Of a stretch of DNA of 64,000 nucleotides, positions 49,942-63,817 are shown piece after piece (positions within the stretch are counted from its first letter, which is position 1; every line of letters begins with the position of its first letter). A program made the position numbers and the translations under genes. A model generated the notes under the pieces. It did no database searches. It was not told the DNA's origin and saw only the letters and a list, made by a program, of their open reading frames with translations. Source of the DNA: Thermoanaerobaculaceae bacterium (lineage in GTDB: Bacteria; Acidobacteriota; Thermoanaerobaculia; Multivoradales; UBA5704). The stretch covers positions 1,400,827-1,464,826 of the forward strand of contig CAVZUZ010000012.1 of NCBI GenBank assembly GCA_963778565.1. The letters run 5' to 3'.

Positions 49942-51426
49942 ATGGCAAAAAACCGGAAAACCAAGCGCATCCGGATCCTGATCGTCATCCTCCTCCTCGG
50001 CTTCCTGGGCTGGGTCGCATGGTACGGGCTGTTCCGCGAGGAGCCGCAGAAGCTGGCCAACGACTCCATCGAAGAGTTCTTCAAGTATGGCTCCATGGGC
50101 ACGGAGGGCTCCACCGGCCTGCCGTTCTGGCTCTGGCTGATTCTGCCCAAGATGTTTCCCGAGTACCTGCCGGCGCCGGGAGGCTACGCCGAGCTGGGTT
50201 TCGTCTGGGAGCCGGGGCGCGAGACGCCGATCGGCTTCACCCGGAAGACCATCGGCGTCGAGCGGGTGGGCATCAACTGCGCCCTTTGCCATACCGCCTC
50301 CGTGCGCAAGGCGGGAGAGGTGGTGCCCAGGGTGTATCTGGGCGGGCCGGGCCACACGATGAACATCCAGGCCTACCAGCGGTTCCTCGAGACTTGCGCG
50401 AACGATGCCCGCTTCACTTCCGGCAACATCCTCAAGGCCATCGCCGCGGTCTATGACATGCCGTGGTTCGAGCGGCAGCTCTACCGTTTCGCATACATAC
50501 CGTTTACGCGCAAGGCGCTGCTCGAGGAGCGCGAGGAATTCAGGTGGACCCTGAGCCGGCCGCTCTGGGGACGGGGCCGGATCGATCCCATGAACCCGGT
50601 CAAGCTCATGATCGGGCACGGCGTGGGGAATACGACCGGCAACTCCGACATGGAGCCGATCTGGAACATGGGGCCGCGGGTGAAAGGCGGCATGGCCTTT
50701 CACTGGAGCGGGATCAACACCGACTTCACCGAGGTGGTCCGCAACTCGGCCTTGGGCGACGGCACCGCCCGCAAGGACATGTCGGACGCTCTCGCGGCGC
50801 TCGACCGGGTGGAGAAGTGGCTCCTCGGCCTGCCGCCGGCGAAATTCGAGAGCCTCTTTCCCGTGGACCGCGCGCTGGCCGCCGCCGGCGAACCGATCTA
50901 CCGCCAGCAGTGCGCGGACTGCCACGCCTTCGGCGGCCGCCAGACCGGCAAGCCGCTGCTGCTCGACGACGAGCTCTGGGGCGCCGGGCAGTTCCCCACC
51001 GCCCCGCGGCCGCTGTACACCGATCCCCACCGCGTCGTGGAGTGGGGCACGGCGGACGCCCAGGCCTTGAACGACTACACCGACGGCTATCCGTGGGCCT
51101 TCACCCACTTCCGCTCCACCGGCGGCTACGTCAACGTGCCGCTGGACGCCATCTGGATCCGGGCGCCCTACCTGCACAACGGCTCGGTACCCTACCTGGC
51201 CGAGGTGCTCGAGGTGCCCGAGAAGCGCACCAAGGTCTTCTACCGGGGCTACGACGTCTACGATCCCGTGCGGATGGGCTTCATCGCCGAAGGTCCGCAG
51301 GCGGCGAGTTGGGGCACCCGGCTCGACACGGCCCAGCGGGGCAACAGCAACCAGGGGCATCTGTGGGGAACGGACCTGGCGCCGGAGCAGAAGCGGGCGC
51401 TGCTCGAGTTCCTGAAGACGCTCTGA
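49942..51426 (+). CDS. di-heme c-type cytochrome (paralog E), intact
   Basis: 494 aa; TM anchor; CALCHT and CADCHAFGG; APYLHNGSVPYL; EQKRALLEFLKTL terminus. Confidence 0.8.
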   Translation: MAKNRKTKRIRILIVILLLGFLGWVAWYGLFREEPQKLANDSIEEFFKYGSMGTEGSTGLPFWLWLILPKMFPEYLPAPGGYAELGFVWEPGRETPIGFTRKTIGVERVGINCALCHTASVRKAGEVVPRVYLGGPGHTMNIQAYQRFLETCANDARFTSGNILKAIAAVYDMPWFERQLYRFAYIPFTRKALLEEREEFRWTLSRPLWGRGRIDPMNPVKLMIGHGVGNTTGNSDMEPIWNMGPRVKGGMAFHWSGINTDFTEVVRNSALGDGTARKDMSDALAALDRVEKWLLGLPPAKFESLFPVDRALAAAGEPIYRQQCADCHAFGGRQTGKPLLLDDELWGAGQFPTAPRPLYTDPHRVVEWGTADAQALNDYTDGYPWAFTHFRSTGGYVNVPLDAIWIRAPYLHNGSVPYLAEVLEVPEKRTKVFYRGYDVYDPVRMGFIAEGPQAASWGTRLDTAQRGNSNQGHLWGTDLAPEQKRALLEFLKTL

Positions 51427-51492
51427 GGGAGGTTGGGCCGACGGATCCGCTCCTGAAATCCTCTCCAGGTCGGACCGTTGTCCGCGCCGTCG

Positions 51493-51728
51493 GGCCCCTC
51501 ACCTCCCCGGCCCTCCTCTCCCGCCTCACACCCACCCCTCCGGGAGAGGAGGGAGCTGTAAGAACAAATCCTCCAGAACCTCTCCCCTCTTTCCCGGCGG
51601 GCGGGAGTGCGATGGGAGAGAGGAAAAACCTGAGAGGAGAGTCTTTTCTTGCTGGCTTTTTCAGTCTCCCTCCTCTCCCGGAGGGGTGGGTGTGAGGCGG
51701 GAGAGGAGGGCCGGGGAGGTGAGGGGCC
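51493..51728. repeat. MITE/REP-like element with about 60-bp terminal inverted repeats (copy 1)
   Basis: left arm ggcccctcacctccccggccctcctctcccgcctcacacccacccctccgggagaggagggag; right arm is its reverse complement (tctccctcctctcccggaggggtgggtgtgaggcgggagaggagggccggggaggtgaggggcc). Confidence 0.75.
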
Positions 51729-51861
51729 CGAAGCGGCGTAGAGGCTCTCTCATCGACAACTTTCGACGTCAGGTTCAGCTCGCGCAGGAGGTACTGTGGA
51801 GTGAGGGAGTAGGTGACCCCCGTGCTAGCATCCGCCCGGTGAGCCCGGCCCTCCCTCCCGC

Positions 51862-54228
<2,367 letters not shown>

Positions 54229-54276
54229 TGCCCTCACCCGTGGTCCCTCGCCGATGTCTCGCCCCTCCGGGGCCGG

Positions 54277-54550
54277 CCCTCACTCCCCCGGCCCCTCTCT
54301 CCCACCTCACACCCGCCCGCCGGGAGAGAGGGGAGACTGGAAAAGACGACATATTTCTGCCTTTACAGTCTCCCTCCTCTCCCGGCCGGGCGGGCGTGAG
54401 GTGGGAGAGGAGGGCCGGGGAGGTGAGGGGCCCCGGCGGCGTCGCCCGCGGTTCGATGTACGACGCCGACCGAATCGGCTGTTTTTTCTCCCTCCTCTCC
54501 CGGTGTGGGGGGAGGGAGGGGCGGGAGAGGAGGGCCGGGGAGGTGAGGGC
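54277..54550. repeat. MITE/REP-like element copy 2 (with an extra partial right arm)
   Basis: gccctcactcccccggcccctctctcccacctcacacccgcccgccgggagagaggggag ... tctccctcctctcccggccgggcgggcgtgaggtgggagaggagggccggggaggtgagggg, then ttctccctcctctcccggtgtgg...gggagaggagggccggggaggtgagggc. Confidence 0.75.
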
Positions 54551-54586
54551 TTCGAAGGGCAGATCCTCTCCTGAAGGACCAACCCC

Positions 54587-55420
54587 ATGAACAATCGCAT
54601 CCCCCTAGAAGACCTCCAACCCCGCCACTTCGGCTGGGCCGTCGAGGACCGCGTCGCCACGGTCACGCTCAACCGGCCGGAGCGCAAGAACCCGCTCACC
54701 TTCGACTCCTACCGCGAGCTGGCCGATACCTTCCGCCGGCTGCGCCACGTCGAGGAGGTCAAGGCCGTGGTCCTGACCGGCGCCGGCGAGAGCTTCTGCT
54801 CGGGCGGGGACGTGCACGAGATCATCGGTCCCCTGGTGAAGATGCGCGAAGAGAAGCGGATGGACCGGCTGCTGGAGTTCACCCGCATGACGGGCGAGCT
54901 GGTGAAGACGATGCGCGCCTGCCCGCAGCCGATCGTCGCGGCCGTCGACGGCATCTGCGCCGGGGCGGGCGCGATCCTCGCCATGGCCTCGGACCTCCGC
55001 CTGGGCACGCCGCGCAGCCGCGTCGCCTTCCTCTTCACCCGCGTCGGGCTCTCCGGCGCCGACATGGGGGCCTGCGCCATCCTGCCGCGCCTCATCGGCC
55101 ACGGGCGCGCCTCGGAGCTGCTCTACACCGGCCGCTTCATGGAGGCCGAGGAGGCCGAGCGCTGGGGCTTCTACAGCCGCCTCGTGCCGCCCGAGAGCCT
55201 CCTCGCCGAAGCCCGCGGCCTCGCCCGCTCGCTCGCCCACGGTCCCACCTTCGCCCACGCCATGACCAAGCGCCAGCTCCACCAGGAGTGGGACATGGGG
55301 ATCGACCAGGCCATCGAGGCCGAGGCGCAGGCGCAGGCCCTCTGCATGCAGACCGAGGACTTCGCCCGCGCCTTCCGCGCCTTCGCGGCGAAGGAGAAGC
55401 CGGTGTTCGAGGGGGATTGA
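54587..55420 (+). CDS. enoyl-CoA hydratase/isomerase (crotonase) family protein
   Basis: 277 aa; [16 protein letters not shown] and [22 protein letters not shown] crotonase oxyanion-hole motifs. Confidence 0.8.
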   Translation: MNNRIPLEDLQPRHFGWAVEDRVATVTLNRPERKNPLTFDSYRELADTFRRLRHVEEVKAVVLTGAGESFCSGGDVHEIIGPLVKMREEKRMDRLLEFTRMTGELVKTMRACPQPIVAAVDGICAGAGAILAMASDLRLGTPRSRVAFLFTRVGLSGADMGACAILPRLIGHGRASELLYTGRFMEAEEAERWGFYSRLVPPESLLAEARGLARSLAHGPTFAHAMTKRQLHQEWDMGIDQAIEAEAQAQALCMQTEDFARAFRAFAAKEKPVFEGD

Positions 55421-55456
55421 AAGGGTGGAGACAAAATCAAAGCGGTGTGCCCTCCG

Positions 55457-55672
55457 AAGCCCTCACTCCCCTGGCCCCTCTCTCCCGGGGGGAGAGAGGG
55501 GAAACGGAAGAAGAATCTGCCGGATGCTTTTCGTAGGGGCGGGGCTTGTCCCCGCCCGCGACGGTTCAGGGCGGGAACAAGCCCCGCCCCTACGAAGAAA
55601 TTCGTCGGGTCGATTTCTTACTGTTCTCCCTCCTCTCCCTCTGGGAGAGGAGGGCCGGGGAGGTGAGGGCTT
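55457..55672. repeat. MITE/REP-like element copy 3 containing an inner palindrome cgtaggggcggggcttgtccccgccc...gggcgggaacaagccccgcccctacg
   Basis: outer arms gccctcactcccctggcccctctctccc / gggagaggagggccggggaggtgagggc; inner hairpin identical to terminator hairpin at 13497. Confidence 0.7.
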
Positions 55673-55719
55673 CGGAGGGCATACCGATCCGCTGCATGCT
55701 AAAGGGACCTGGGGCCTCC

Positions 55720-56904
55720 ATGCCTGACTCCACCTTCCTCGCCTGGCCCTTCTTCGAGGACGCCCACCGGTCGCTCGCCCAAGATCTCGACGCCTGGTGC
55801 CGGCGCGAAATCGCGCCGCTCGAGGAGGGTAATCTCGATGACACCTGCCGCGAGCTCGTCCGCCGGCTGGGCGCGGGCGGCTGGCTGCGCTGGGCCGTGC
55901 CGGGTCCTTGGGGCGGCGTCCGCGAGCGTCTGGACGTGCGCTCCCTCTGCCTCATCCGCGAGACCCTCGCGCGGTACTCCGGCCTCGCCGACTTCGCCTT
56001 CGCCCTCCAGGGGCTCGGCTCCGGTCCGCTCTCGCTCTTCGGTTCCGAGGCGCAGCGCAGCACCTGGCTGCCCCGCGTGGCCGCCGGAGAAGCCATCGCG
56101 GCCTTTGCACTCTCTGAAGCCGAAGCCGGCTCCGACGTGGCGGCGATGCGGACCAGCGCGCGGCGCGAGGGCGACGCCTGGGTGCTCGACGGCGAAAAGA
56201 CCTGGATCTCCAACGCCGGCCTCGCCGACTTCTACGTCGTCTTCTGCCTCCTGCCCCCCCTGCCGGAAAAAACGGACGAGCGGGCCTTCGGCGCCTTCCT
56301 CGTCGAGGCGGACAACCCGGGTCTCCGCGTCTCCGGGAGGATCGACGTCCTGGCGCCGCACCCGCTGGGCACCGTCGCCTTCGACGGCTGCCGCGTGCCG
56401 GCCGGTGCGATGGTGGGGGAGCCGGGGAAGGGGCTCAAGGTGGCCCTGGCGACGCTCGACGTCTTCCGGCCCACGGTGGGCGCCGCGGCGCTCGGCTTCG
56501 CCCGCCGCGCCCTCGACGAGGCGCTCGGCCACGCCCAAAAGCGCCAAACCTTCGGCAAGCCCCTGGCCGAGCACCAGCTCACCCGGGCGCGGCTCGCCGA
56601 CATGGCCGTCGACGTGGACGCCTCGGCCCTGCTCGTCTACCGCGCCGCCTGGACCCGCGACGCCGGCGCCGAGCGCATCACCCGCGAAGCGGCCATGGCT
56701 AAGCTCTACGCCACCGAGGCGGCGCAGCGGGTGGCCGACGCCGCCGTGCAGCTCCTCGGCGCCCGCGGAGTCGTCGCCGGCGCTCCCGTCGAGCGGCTCT
56801 ACCGCGAGGTCCGCGCCCTGCGCATCTACGAAGGCACCAGCGAAATCCAGCGGCTCGTCATCGCCGGCCAGCTGCTCGCCGGCGTGATGCATCGGGAGGC
56901 CTGA
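55720..56904 (+). CDS. acyl-CoA dehydrogenase
   Basis: about 394 aa from ATG 55720; ACAD motifs ([47 protein letters not shown]). Confidence 0.8.
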   Translation: MPDSTFLAWPFFEDAHRSLAQDLDAWCRREIAPLEEGNLDDTCRELVRRLGAGGWLRWAVPGPWGGVRERLDVRSLCLIRETLARYSGLADFAFALQGLGSGPLSLFGSEAQRSTWLPRVAAGEAIAAFALSEAEAGSDVAAMRTSARREGDAWVLDGEKTWISNAGLADFYVVFCLLPPLPEKTDERAFGAFLVEADNPGLRVSGRIDVLAPHPLGTVAFDGCRVPAGAMVGEPGKGLKVALATLDVFRPTVGAAALGFARRALDEALGHAQKRQTFGKPLAEHQLTRARLADMAVDVDASALLVYRAAWTRDAGAERITREAAMAKLYATEAAQRVADAAVQLLGARGVVAGAPVERLYREVRALRIYEGTSEIQRLVIAGQLLAGVMHREA

Positions 56905-57065
56905 CCGCCTGGCTCCGGTCTTCAGGCAGCTCCCACTTTCCTGATACAATTCTATTGATTCTGCGGAATCTGTGACAACCACGGCCGCGGCGAATGCTGC
57001 GCTGGAACGGGTGCTCAGCTTGCCTCGCCTCGGGAGGGGAGGGCTTGTCCTCTGAGAGGAGATGA

Positions 57066-58698
57066 GTGACGCGTTTCTTGAAGACGGCGGTTGAGCTGAT
57101 TCGACAGCAAGCACGACGAGCGCGAGGCGGAACCGACTACGAGGCTGTCGAGGTGGCCGCGCATCTTTATGCGATCGGCATGAAGATCCTGGTCCACCAC
57201 AAAAACCCACAGATGGCGAAGGTTTCAGAGCTTGCCCCCCTTCTGCGACCCGCCAAGACGCTCGACGACCTCCTGAGCCAGCTCGAGTCTCTTCCCGGCA
57301 GCCTCGATATCGACACCCTTTTTCAGGTGATTCACGGTGCGCTGTCGCGGATCGAAAAGGAGTTCTGCGACACGGCGCGGGATTCCAAGGCTCTCCGGGG
57401 AAAGAAGAGAATCGGCAAGCTGGGCTGCACGGTTCATTTCGGCTTGCGTCTCCAGCCGGCACTGGGAGTGGCAAGAAAGAGGCGTTATGAACTGAAGCCG
57501 GGCAAGCGGCCTCCCGCTCCCACCTTCTATCTCAACGACCCGAGCTGGCGGCTCACTTTCTATCAGGAAGACGGGCTCCTGCCGGCGGTCCATTGGGTCA
57601 ACCCTGGACGTCATCCCAAGCCATTGTTTCGTGAAAGCGGCCGCGATGCCTCGGAGCGAAAGCACTTCCGCATCGCCCTCTGTCCGTTGCGGGGGCCCTT
57701 TCACCCACAGTTCCAGATCCATCCCGAGAAGGGTGATTCCTTTCGGGCGGTCCCGCAGGCGGGCATCTACGGCGCGGATCGCCTGCACAGACGCCTCGCC
57801 GAGATCTGCTCCGCGGCGGCCCGTCAGGAAGTACATCTGCTCGTGTTTCCCGAGCTCACCGTGGATCCGCACTCTCGTCGGTTCCTGAGCCGGCTGCTTC
57901 GGGAGTCCGGCTCGCGTTTTCCCTACGCCGTGATCGCCGGCAGCTTCCATGTCTGGCCGCAGGAAGCCTCGACGGATTGGCCCGGCGTCCGTCCGTGCAA
58001 CGAGTCCGTCATCCTCGACCAGCGTGGTGCCGAGCTTCTCGCGCCACCGCAAGCGGGGGCCGTTCCTGATCCCCGCTGAGCTCGTGACCTCCGCACCCGA
58101 CTGGTTCCCGGGCGAGACCCGCGGGCCCGAAGCGCTGGCCGCCGAAATCGATGAGGGCATCGAGCCCGGCTCGGAGCTGCAAGTGCTGGATACCTCCCTT
58201 GGACGGGTAGCCGTCCTCATCTGCGCCGACGCGATCAAGGCCGACCCCCATGGCTACCGCCCGCTGATCGAGCGCCTGCGCCCCGACCTCCTGTTCGTGG
58301 TCGCCATGACTCCCGAGACGGAGAGGTTCGGGCGTTTCGCCGAGGAAATGAGAGACCATTGGGTCGGCACCCTCTTCGTCAACGCGTATTGCCTCTGCGA
58401 GCTCCTCCCGGGAGCTGCCGCGAAGAAGGCTCCTGACCTCGCCGCCGTGGACCTTGCTCTGTTCGAGCCCATGGGGGCCGCCCCAACCCGTCTGTGCTGG
58501 CGTTTTGGCGAAGGAGAGGCTCTCTGTTGCTATTTCAACCCTCCCAAGGCGGGCGCCGGTGCCGGTCCGCCCAGGGATTGGCGAGCTTGGCAGCCGGCCA
58601 CGGAGGCGCTGACCCCGACCGGTCTTGCCTGGCTCGGAGGCTCTCGGAAGAGGCTGGGCGTGATCCTCGATCTCGGAATCCACTGGGAGACTCCCTGA
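57066..58698 (+). CDS. carbon-nitrogen hydrolase (nitrilase-superfamily) protein with roughly 200-aa N-terminal extension, apparent frameshift near 58040
   Basis: GTG 57066 after GAGAGGAGA; CN-hydrolase catalytic Glu (HLLVFPELT), frame break after ILDQRGAELL, next frame gives RHRKRGPFLIPAEL (catalytic Lys region) and AVLICADAI (catalytic Cys). Confidence 0.6.
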
Positions 58699-58807
58699 AG
58701 CGAAAGGGAAGAGAAAGTATGCTAGGATGCGTTAGAGAACAGTAAGCGGCCTCGGGTGAGCGGATCGCCTGGGTGCCGGCCCCCACCCATCGACCGAAAG
58801 TTTACTC

Positions 58808-60667
58808 ATGGCTAAGAAAGCATTGCCCCGGCGCCCATCCAATGAACTGGAGGAGCTGGTTCAGCAACTTCTGCAGGCGCTCGCCCGCTTAAAGAAAGCA
58901 CGAAGCGGAACCGACGAGGCCGACCTTTACCTCGCCTACCTCGATCACGCTCAGGCGCTCGCCTGGCGCGGCGTGGCTCAGCGGCGGCCCGCCGTGCCGC
59001 GCGAAGTGCTGGACCGCTTGCTGGCGGCCCAACCCTTCATCGACTCCTACCTTCCGGAGGACGACTCCGACCCGCGCGTCGAAGCGGCACGGAACCTCTC
59101 CTTCGTCTTTCGTTCGTTCTATCTCGCCGATGAGGCGCTCGAAGAGTCAAGAGTCGAAAGCGTGCTGGCGGACCGCGAACGCTCGTTGACGGAGCGCGAG
59201 GTGCTGCGCGTGCTCTCTGCGAACCCGGAGCGTTATCTGCGGCGAGGCGAGGTGCAAAAACTCTTGAAGCTGCTTAAACGTCCAACCCCGGCCCGGGTCG
59301 GCCAGATCCTCGTGCAGCTCGACGCGGAGGACTTGGTCGTCCACATGCCGGGACGAGCGCAGGGAAACCCCAGGACCACCTTCTATGCCCTGTCGCCCCA
59401 AGGCCATGAGATCTGCCGCCGGCTGGACCTGATCTCGCAGCGAAAGCCTTACTTCTCCACCAAAGAAGAGGACTGGAAGGTCTATGTCACGGCCGAGCGG
59501 ATCACTGCACCGCGCCGGCGGCCTCCTGAACCCGGGCGGATCATCGCATTTTGGTCTCATCGCGGAGGTGTGGGCAGAACGACCACGGTGGCTGGAGCCG
59601 CCCTCGTGTGGGCCGATCGCACGCGGCGGGCCCCGGAAGAGAAGCTACTCGTCGCCGACTTTGACTTCGAAGCCCCGGGGCTCGACGTTCATTTCGCGTC
59701 TCGGGGCCTTGGGGCGTGCCGCGGTCTCCGCGGGCTGGTGGTCGACTACTACCGTCTTTCACAGAACGACCGGGCACCTTGGCTCCGACAGGCGCTGCAA
59801 CAAGTTGGGGAATACATTTTGCAGCCTTTGCCGGAAAGGTGTCCGAATCTGTTCTACCTCCCTACCGGGTTCGGACCCGATGGTGCGAGTGACTCCGACG
59901 AAGAGAGAGCCGAAGCCTGGCGCCGCCTGGAAGCCGAAGCGCAAGCGGAAGCTACCGGCCAGAGAGGGGAGAGCGAATCGGTTGGAACCGCATTTCTTCC
60001 GGAGCTGCGAAGCGCTTTGGAGGAAGCCTATGCCCGAGTGCTCCTCGACCCGCGAACGGGCATGGGGCTGTCAGCTTGGGCGGCCATCCTCAAACTCGCC
60101 GACGCCTTGGTTCTCTGTATCCGTCCCACGGAGCCGGATCCTCGCCTGCTGCGCGCCGTCATGGGGAATTTTCTTAGACGGCGCGCCGAGGATGTCGGGG
60201 AGAGCGCTTCGAATGTAGGTGTGCTCTTCGTGCCGGTCCGTCCCGGCCATGAGGCAGAGCTGAGGTCTTGGGTCGAGCGCCATCTGTTAGAGGTCAAGCC
60301 TTCCCGATACGGCCTGACACGAAGAGATCAGCGTTATCTGATTGCGGTCGTCGGTCACGAGGACCAACTCGCCGGACGTATCGAGCAGAGCCCTTACGGT
60401 CCGCTGGTAGGTGAGGTTCTCGGTGCCGAAGCGTCTCCAGTAGTTCTCGACAAGGCTGTCACCTGTGTGTACGACCAAAACACCAATTTCGACTGGAAAC
60501 GAATTGCCGCTGGACTTCTCGGCAATGTCCGCAACCGTGAAACGACAAGTCTCCTCCGTGCGCGAGTCTTGCCGGGCTACGCTCCAGATGAAAAGACAAA
60601 GAAGCTGGTTACATCGATCCAAGAGACCTGGACGTTCGATGCCGGCGCAGGAGGGTTAGGCGTGTGA
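58808..60667 (+). CDS. ParA/MinD-like P-loop ATPase with N-terminal winged-helix-like domain and degenerate Walker A (HRGGVGRTT)
   Basis: 619 aa; RIIAFWSHRGGVGRTTTVAGAAL resembles deviant Walker A xKGGxGK[ST] with Lys replaced by Arg; N-terminal 250 aa helical. Confidence 0.5.
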   Translation: MAKKALPRRPSNELEELVQQLLQALARLKKARSGTDEADLYLAYLDHAQALAWRGVAQRRPAVPREVLDRLLAAQPFIDSYLPEDDSDPRVEAARNLSFVFRSFYLADEALEESRVESVLADRERSLTEREVLRVLSANPERYLRRGEVQKLLKLLKRPTPARVGQILVQLDAEDLVVHMPGRAQGNPRTTFYALSPQGHEICRRLDLISQRKPYFSTKEEDWKVYVTAERITAPRRRPPEPGRIIAFWSHRGGVGRTTTVAGAALVWADRTRRAPEEKLLVADFDFEAPGLDVHFASRGLGACRGLRGLVVDYYRLSQNDRAPWLRQALQQVGEYILQPLPERCPNLFYLPTGFGPDGASDSDEERAEAWRRLEAEAQAEATGQRGESESVGTAFLPELRSALEEAYARVLLDPRTGMGLSAWAAILKLADALVLCIRPTEPDPRLLRAVMGNFLRRRAEDVGESASNVGVLFVPVRPGHEAELRSWVERHLLEVKPSRYGLTRRDQRYLIAVVGHEDQLAGRIEQSPYGPLVGEVLGAEASPVVLDKAVTCVYDQNTNFDWKRIAAGLLGNVRNRETTSLLRARVLPGYAPDEKTKKLVTSIQETWTFDAGAGGLGV

Positions 60668-63229
60668 AAAAATCTCAAGAGCTCAGGAAACGAAATACAG
60701 TAGCATTGCAGATCGCGCGCGAGACTGCCCTCCTCACGTTGTCGGCCGCAGATCATTCGCTTACTGAGAATCTCAGCCGGTTGGCGCAGAAAATTGCTAA
60801 TTTGACGGGTTTAATGGGAGCCTTGATCATCGCATACGATGATGAGGGCTCACCTCTGACCTATGGATCTTACCACCTTGAAGTCGAAGGCGCTAAGGCG
60901 AAGATTCAGGGGATTTCAACACTGGTCAAGGCTCTGCCTTCATACCAGGATAAGAACAATTCTTGGCATTCAATCCGGTCACCCTTGTTTCCGATGGATG
61001 CCGGAGAGTTGCAACTTTTGCCCATCCAGAGCTCCGCCGCGAGCCATTCTTGCGGACTACTTCTCGCATCCTCCGCTTGGCCCCAGCCGAGCTCGCTTGC
61101 TGCCTTAATGGAGAGCGCCAATGTTCTGGCAGGGGCTCTGCAAACGTTGATTGTCGCCGAAGCTTGGGCCCGGGCCAAGCGTTTACAGGAGTTAGCTCAC
61201 AATTCACTGAACCAACCGGAAGGCGGGTTGCCGGATCTGCACAAGGTGGTGCAAAGCCTCAAAGACCTTTTTCAAGCCGACGCCGTGACTCTTCTGCTGG
61301 AGGACGGTGGCGAGTTGCTGCTGGCTTCGAGTACCAACCCCGAGCTCGGCAGGGACGTCAATCAGCCGGTTGTTTACCGCTCTGGAGAAGGGCTCACGGG
61401 AACGGTCTTCAAGGAGAGGAGAGCGCTTCGACTCACCAACGCCAATGACCCCAACGAGGTGTATTGCCTCTGTGGCTTGAGGAGGGAGAAACCGCTTCAC
61501 CCGGAGCATGATGACGAAGGATTGGTGACTTGCCAATTCCTGGGCGTTCCGATGCGCTCCGGCGATAAATGCATAGGTGTTCTCCGTATGTCGCGTCGGG
61601 GTGGCATAGCCAGATTCACCAAGAATGATGAAACGGCCCTGCAGTTTTTTGCGGACCTTCTGGGGAACTCTCTGATCCGCTCCTGGCAGCTACTGCTAGC
61701 CAGCGGGATCTTCGATTCAACTTCAGAAGCGATTGCTGTCTCGCGCCGTCAGCGAAACGATCAAGGGGAAACCTGGCCGAAAATTGTCAAGATCAATCGT
61801 GGCTTCGAGAGGCTGCTGGGAATGCGCGGTGACGAGCTGCTCGGGCGGGATGCCAGAAGATCTCTACGCCGCGGGAGCCTATGAGGAGATCTACCACAAT
61901 CTGGAAAAGATGCGTGACGAGGCCCTCAAGAGCCGACCAAGTGAGTACGGCCCGGTGGTGGTGCACCTTAACGTAAAGGGTTCCCCTCGGCCCGTCGAGA
62001 TTTCATTTCATGCATTCTCCAATAAGCTCGTAATTCCACCGAGTCTTTATATGATTGGAATCGCCCGAGATACGGAAGCGCGTCATCAAGGCTTGCTTGC
62101 GCTCCTTGACAAGATGGGCATCGCTTATTTTCGTGCTGATATCGCCGGCAAGACCATCGAGTCGACGCCCGCAGAGGAGCGAATCACGGGTTACAGCGCC
62201 GCTGAGTTTGATGAGTTCAGCAGAGATCGCCTGTACGAGGATTCCCGGGATCGGGAAGAGCTGCTGAGAAAGCTGCGCAACAATGGCGGCTTATTGATCA
62301 GCGAACCGCTGCGAGGGCGCCGCAAGGACGGTTCCCTTTTTTGGGTCGAAGGTGACTTTCAGCTGATAAGGGATGCTGAAGGAAGGGAAATTCTTGAGGG
62401 ATTTTACAAAGACATCACTCATCGCATACAGCTTCAGAGTTTCGTTGATGTCAACACCGGCAGCGTATTGCAGGAGGAGGAGCTGTTCACGCGGCTGAAG
62501 GCCAATGCCGAGTTTCACCTGGATTACGTGAACAGCCTGAGCCACCAGCTTCAGACACCTCTCTCCTCACTGGTCGAGAACCTGCGAAACATCAAGGAAG
62601 GAGTGTTGAGCCAACGAGATATCGCGGATCGTCTGTCCTATGTCGTCGGCCAGGCTGGAGTCTGCGCGCGCCTGGTCCGTAACCTTTCGTACATGGACAA
62701 GATCTTGCGCGGAGAGAGCTTCCAGCGCGGCGAGGTGGGTTTGGCCCGCCTCGCCATCCAGACCAAGCTCGATTTCCTCCACTTGATCCAAGAGAGGAAG
62801 CTTGATGTCGAAATTGAAGGCGGCAGCCTCGACCGGTACCTGCGGGTCCTAGGCCACCAGGAAATGCTCCGGCAGGTTCTGGTCAATCTATTGGACAATG
62901 CCATCAAATACTCGGTGCCGGGATCGAAGATCTTGATTCGCGGTCTGCAGTGGCGGCAAGGACCTGTCTTGGAGATCAGTAATCAGGGACTCTCTATTCC
63001 TCGGGAATTTCGCGAACGAATCTTCGAGCGCGGATTCCGTACTGCCCAGGCGAAAGCCAATGTACCCCACGGTACAGGACTGGGTCTCTGGCTGGTGCGC
63101 CGCATCCTCGAGGCACATGGGGCCTCTATTCATTGCGACGAGCTTCTCGAGCACGGAGCGAAGCGTACGGTCTTCCGTATCTTTTTTCATCACCAGAACC
63201 AGTCGTCGGCTCTTAGGAGATCGGCATGA
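60664..63229 (+). CDS. GAF-PAS sensor histidine kinase, apparent frameshift near 61848
   Basis: GTG 60664 overlaps previous stop; GAF domain (GLTGTVFKERRALRL...FLGVPMRSGDKCIGVLRMSRR); PAS start ...GDELLGRD / MPEDLYAAGAYEEIY joined by 1-nt offset; HisKA (LSHQLQTPLSSL) and HATPase_c (LVNLLDNAIKYS, GTGLGLWLVRRILEAHG). Confidence 0.7.
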
Positions 63230-63684
63230 ATCAGGTCTTGACCATCGACGACCAGGTAGGAGACCTCCTGTGGCTGCTGGACCTGATTCGCAGCCGGGGT
63301 TACGGAGTAGTCACCGCCACCAATGAGAAGGAGGGTAGGGAGAGGCTGCAGGCCGTCAAGGCGGGGGAGGAGAGCTACTCCTTGGCGATCATTGATGTGA
63401 TGATGTCGACGCATCCGATCGAGGATCTGGTGGATTTGGACGAGAAGTTTTTTGAGGAGTCTAGAGACACCGGGATCCGCCTCTGCCGATACGCCCGGAA
63501 AGAGCTTGGAATTTCTCCCCAGGAGCTACCGATCGCTTGCCTTACCGTCCGCGATGATGACGACGTGAGCCGGGCGATGGGGGAGCTGGATATTCCGCTT
63601 TTCAACCGGGTTCCCCAAAGCCCGGAAGATTCGATCCGCAGGTTTATCGAGGAACGTCTGCCGCTACAGACTGGAATTGCTTAG
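63226..63684 (+). CDS. stand-alone response regulator receiver domain protein
   Basis: 152 aa; ATGA overlap with kinase stop; CheY-like fold with D (IIDVMM) and conserved T/K positions. Confidence 0.65.
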   Translation: MNQVLTIDDQVGDLLWLLDLIRSRGYGVVTATNEKEGRERLQAVKAGEESYSLAIIDVMMSTHPIEDLVDLDEKFFEESRDTGIRLCRYARKELGISPQELPIACLTVRDDDDVSRAMGELDIPLFNRVPQSPEDSIRRFIEERLPLQTGIA

Positions 63685-63817
63685 CCCACTCGGCGGATTC
63701 TTGCAGTGCACGAGCTCGGTCGTTGGGGGTGCCAAGAGACTCCCCGGATGAGCTAGACTCCATTCGCAATCCGGGCTGAGGGTTCTTTCATCTCTCAGCC
63801 CAAGACTGGGGGTACAG

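Noticed and set aside
54254-55666. Small ORFs inside MITE copies (for example 54254..54574, 55445..55666)
   Set aside because: They are translations of the repeat arms (PGPSLP.../GERG... low complexity) and are mirrored on both strands.
55699-57474. 591-aa minus-strand ORF
   Set aside because: It is antisense to the acyl-CoA dehydrogenase gene.
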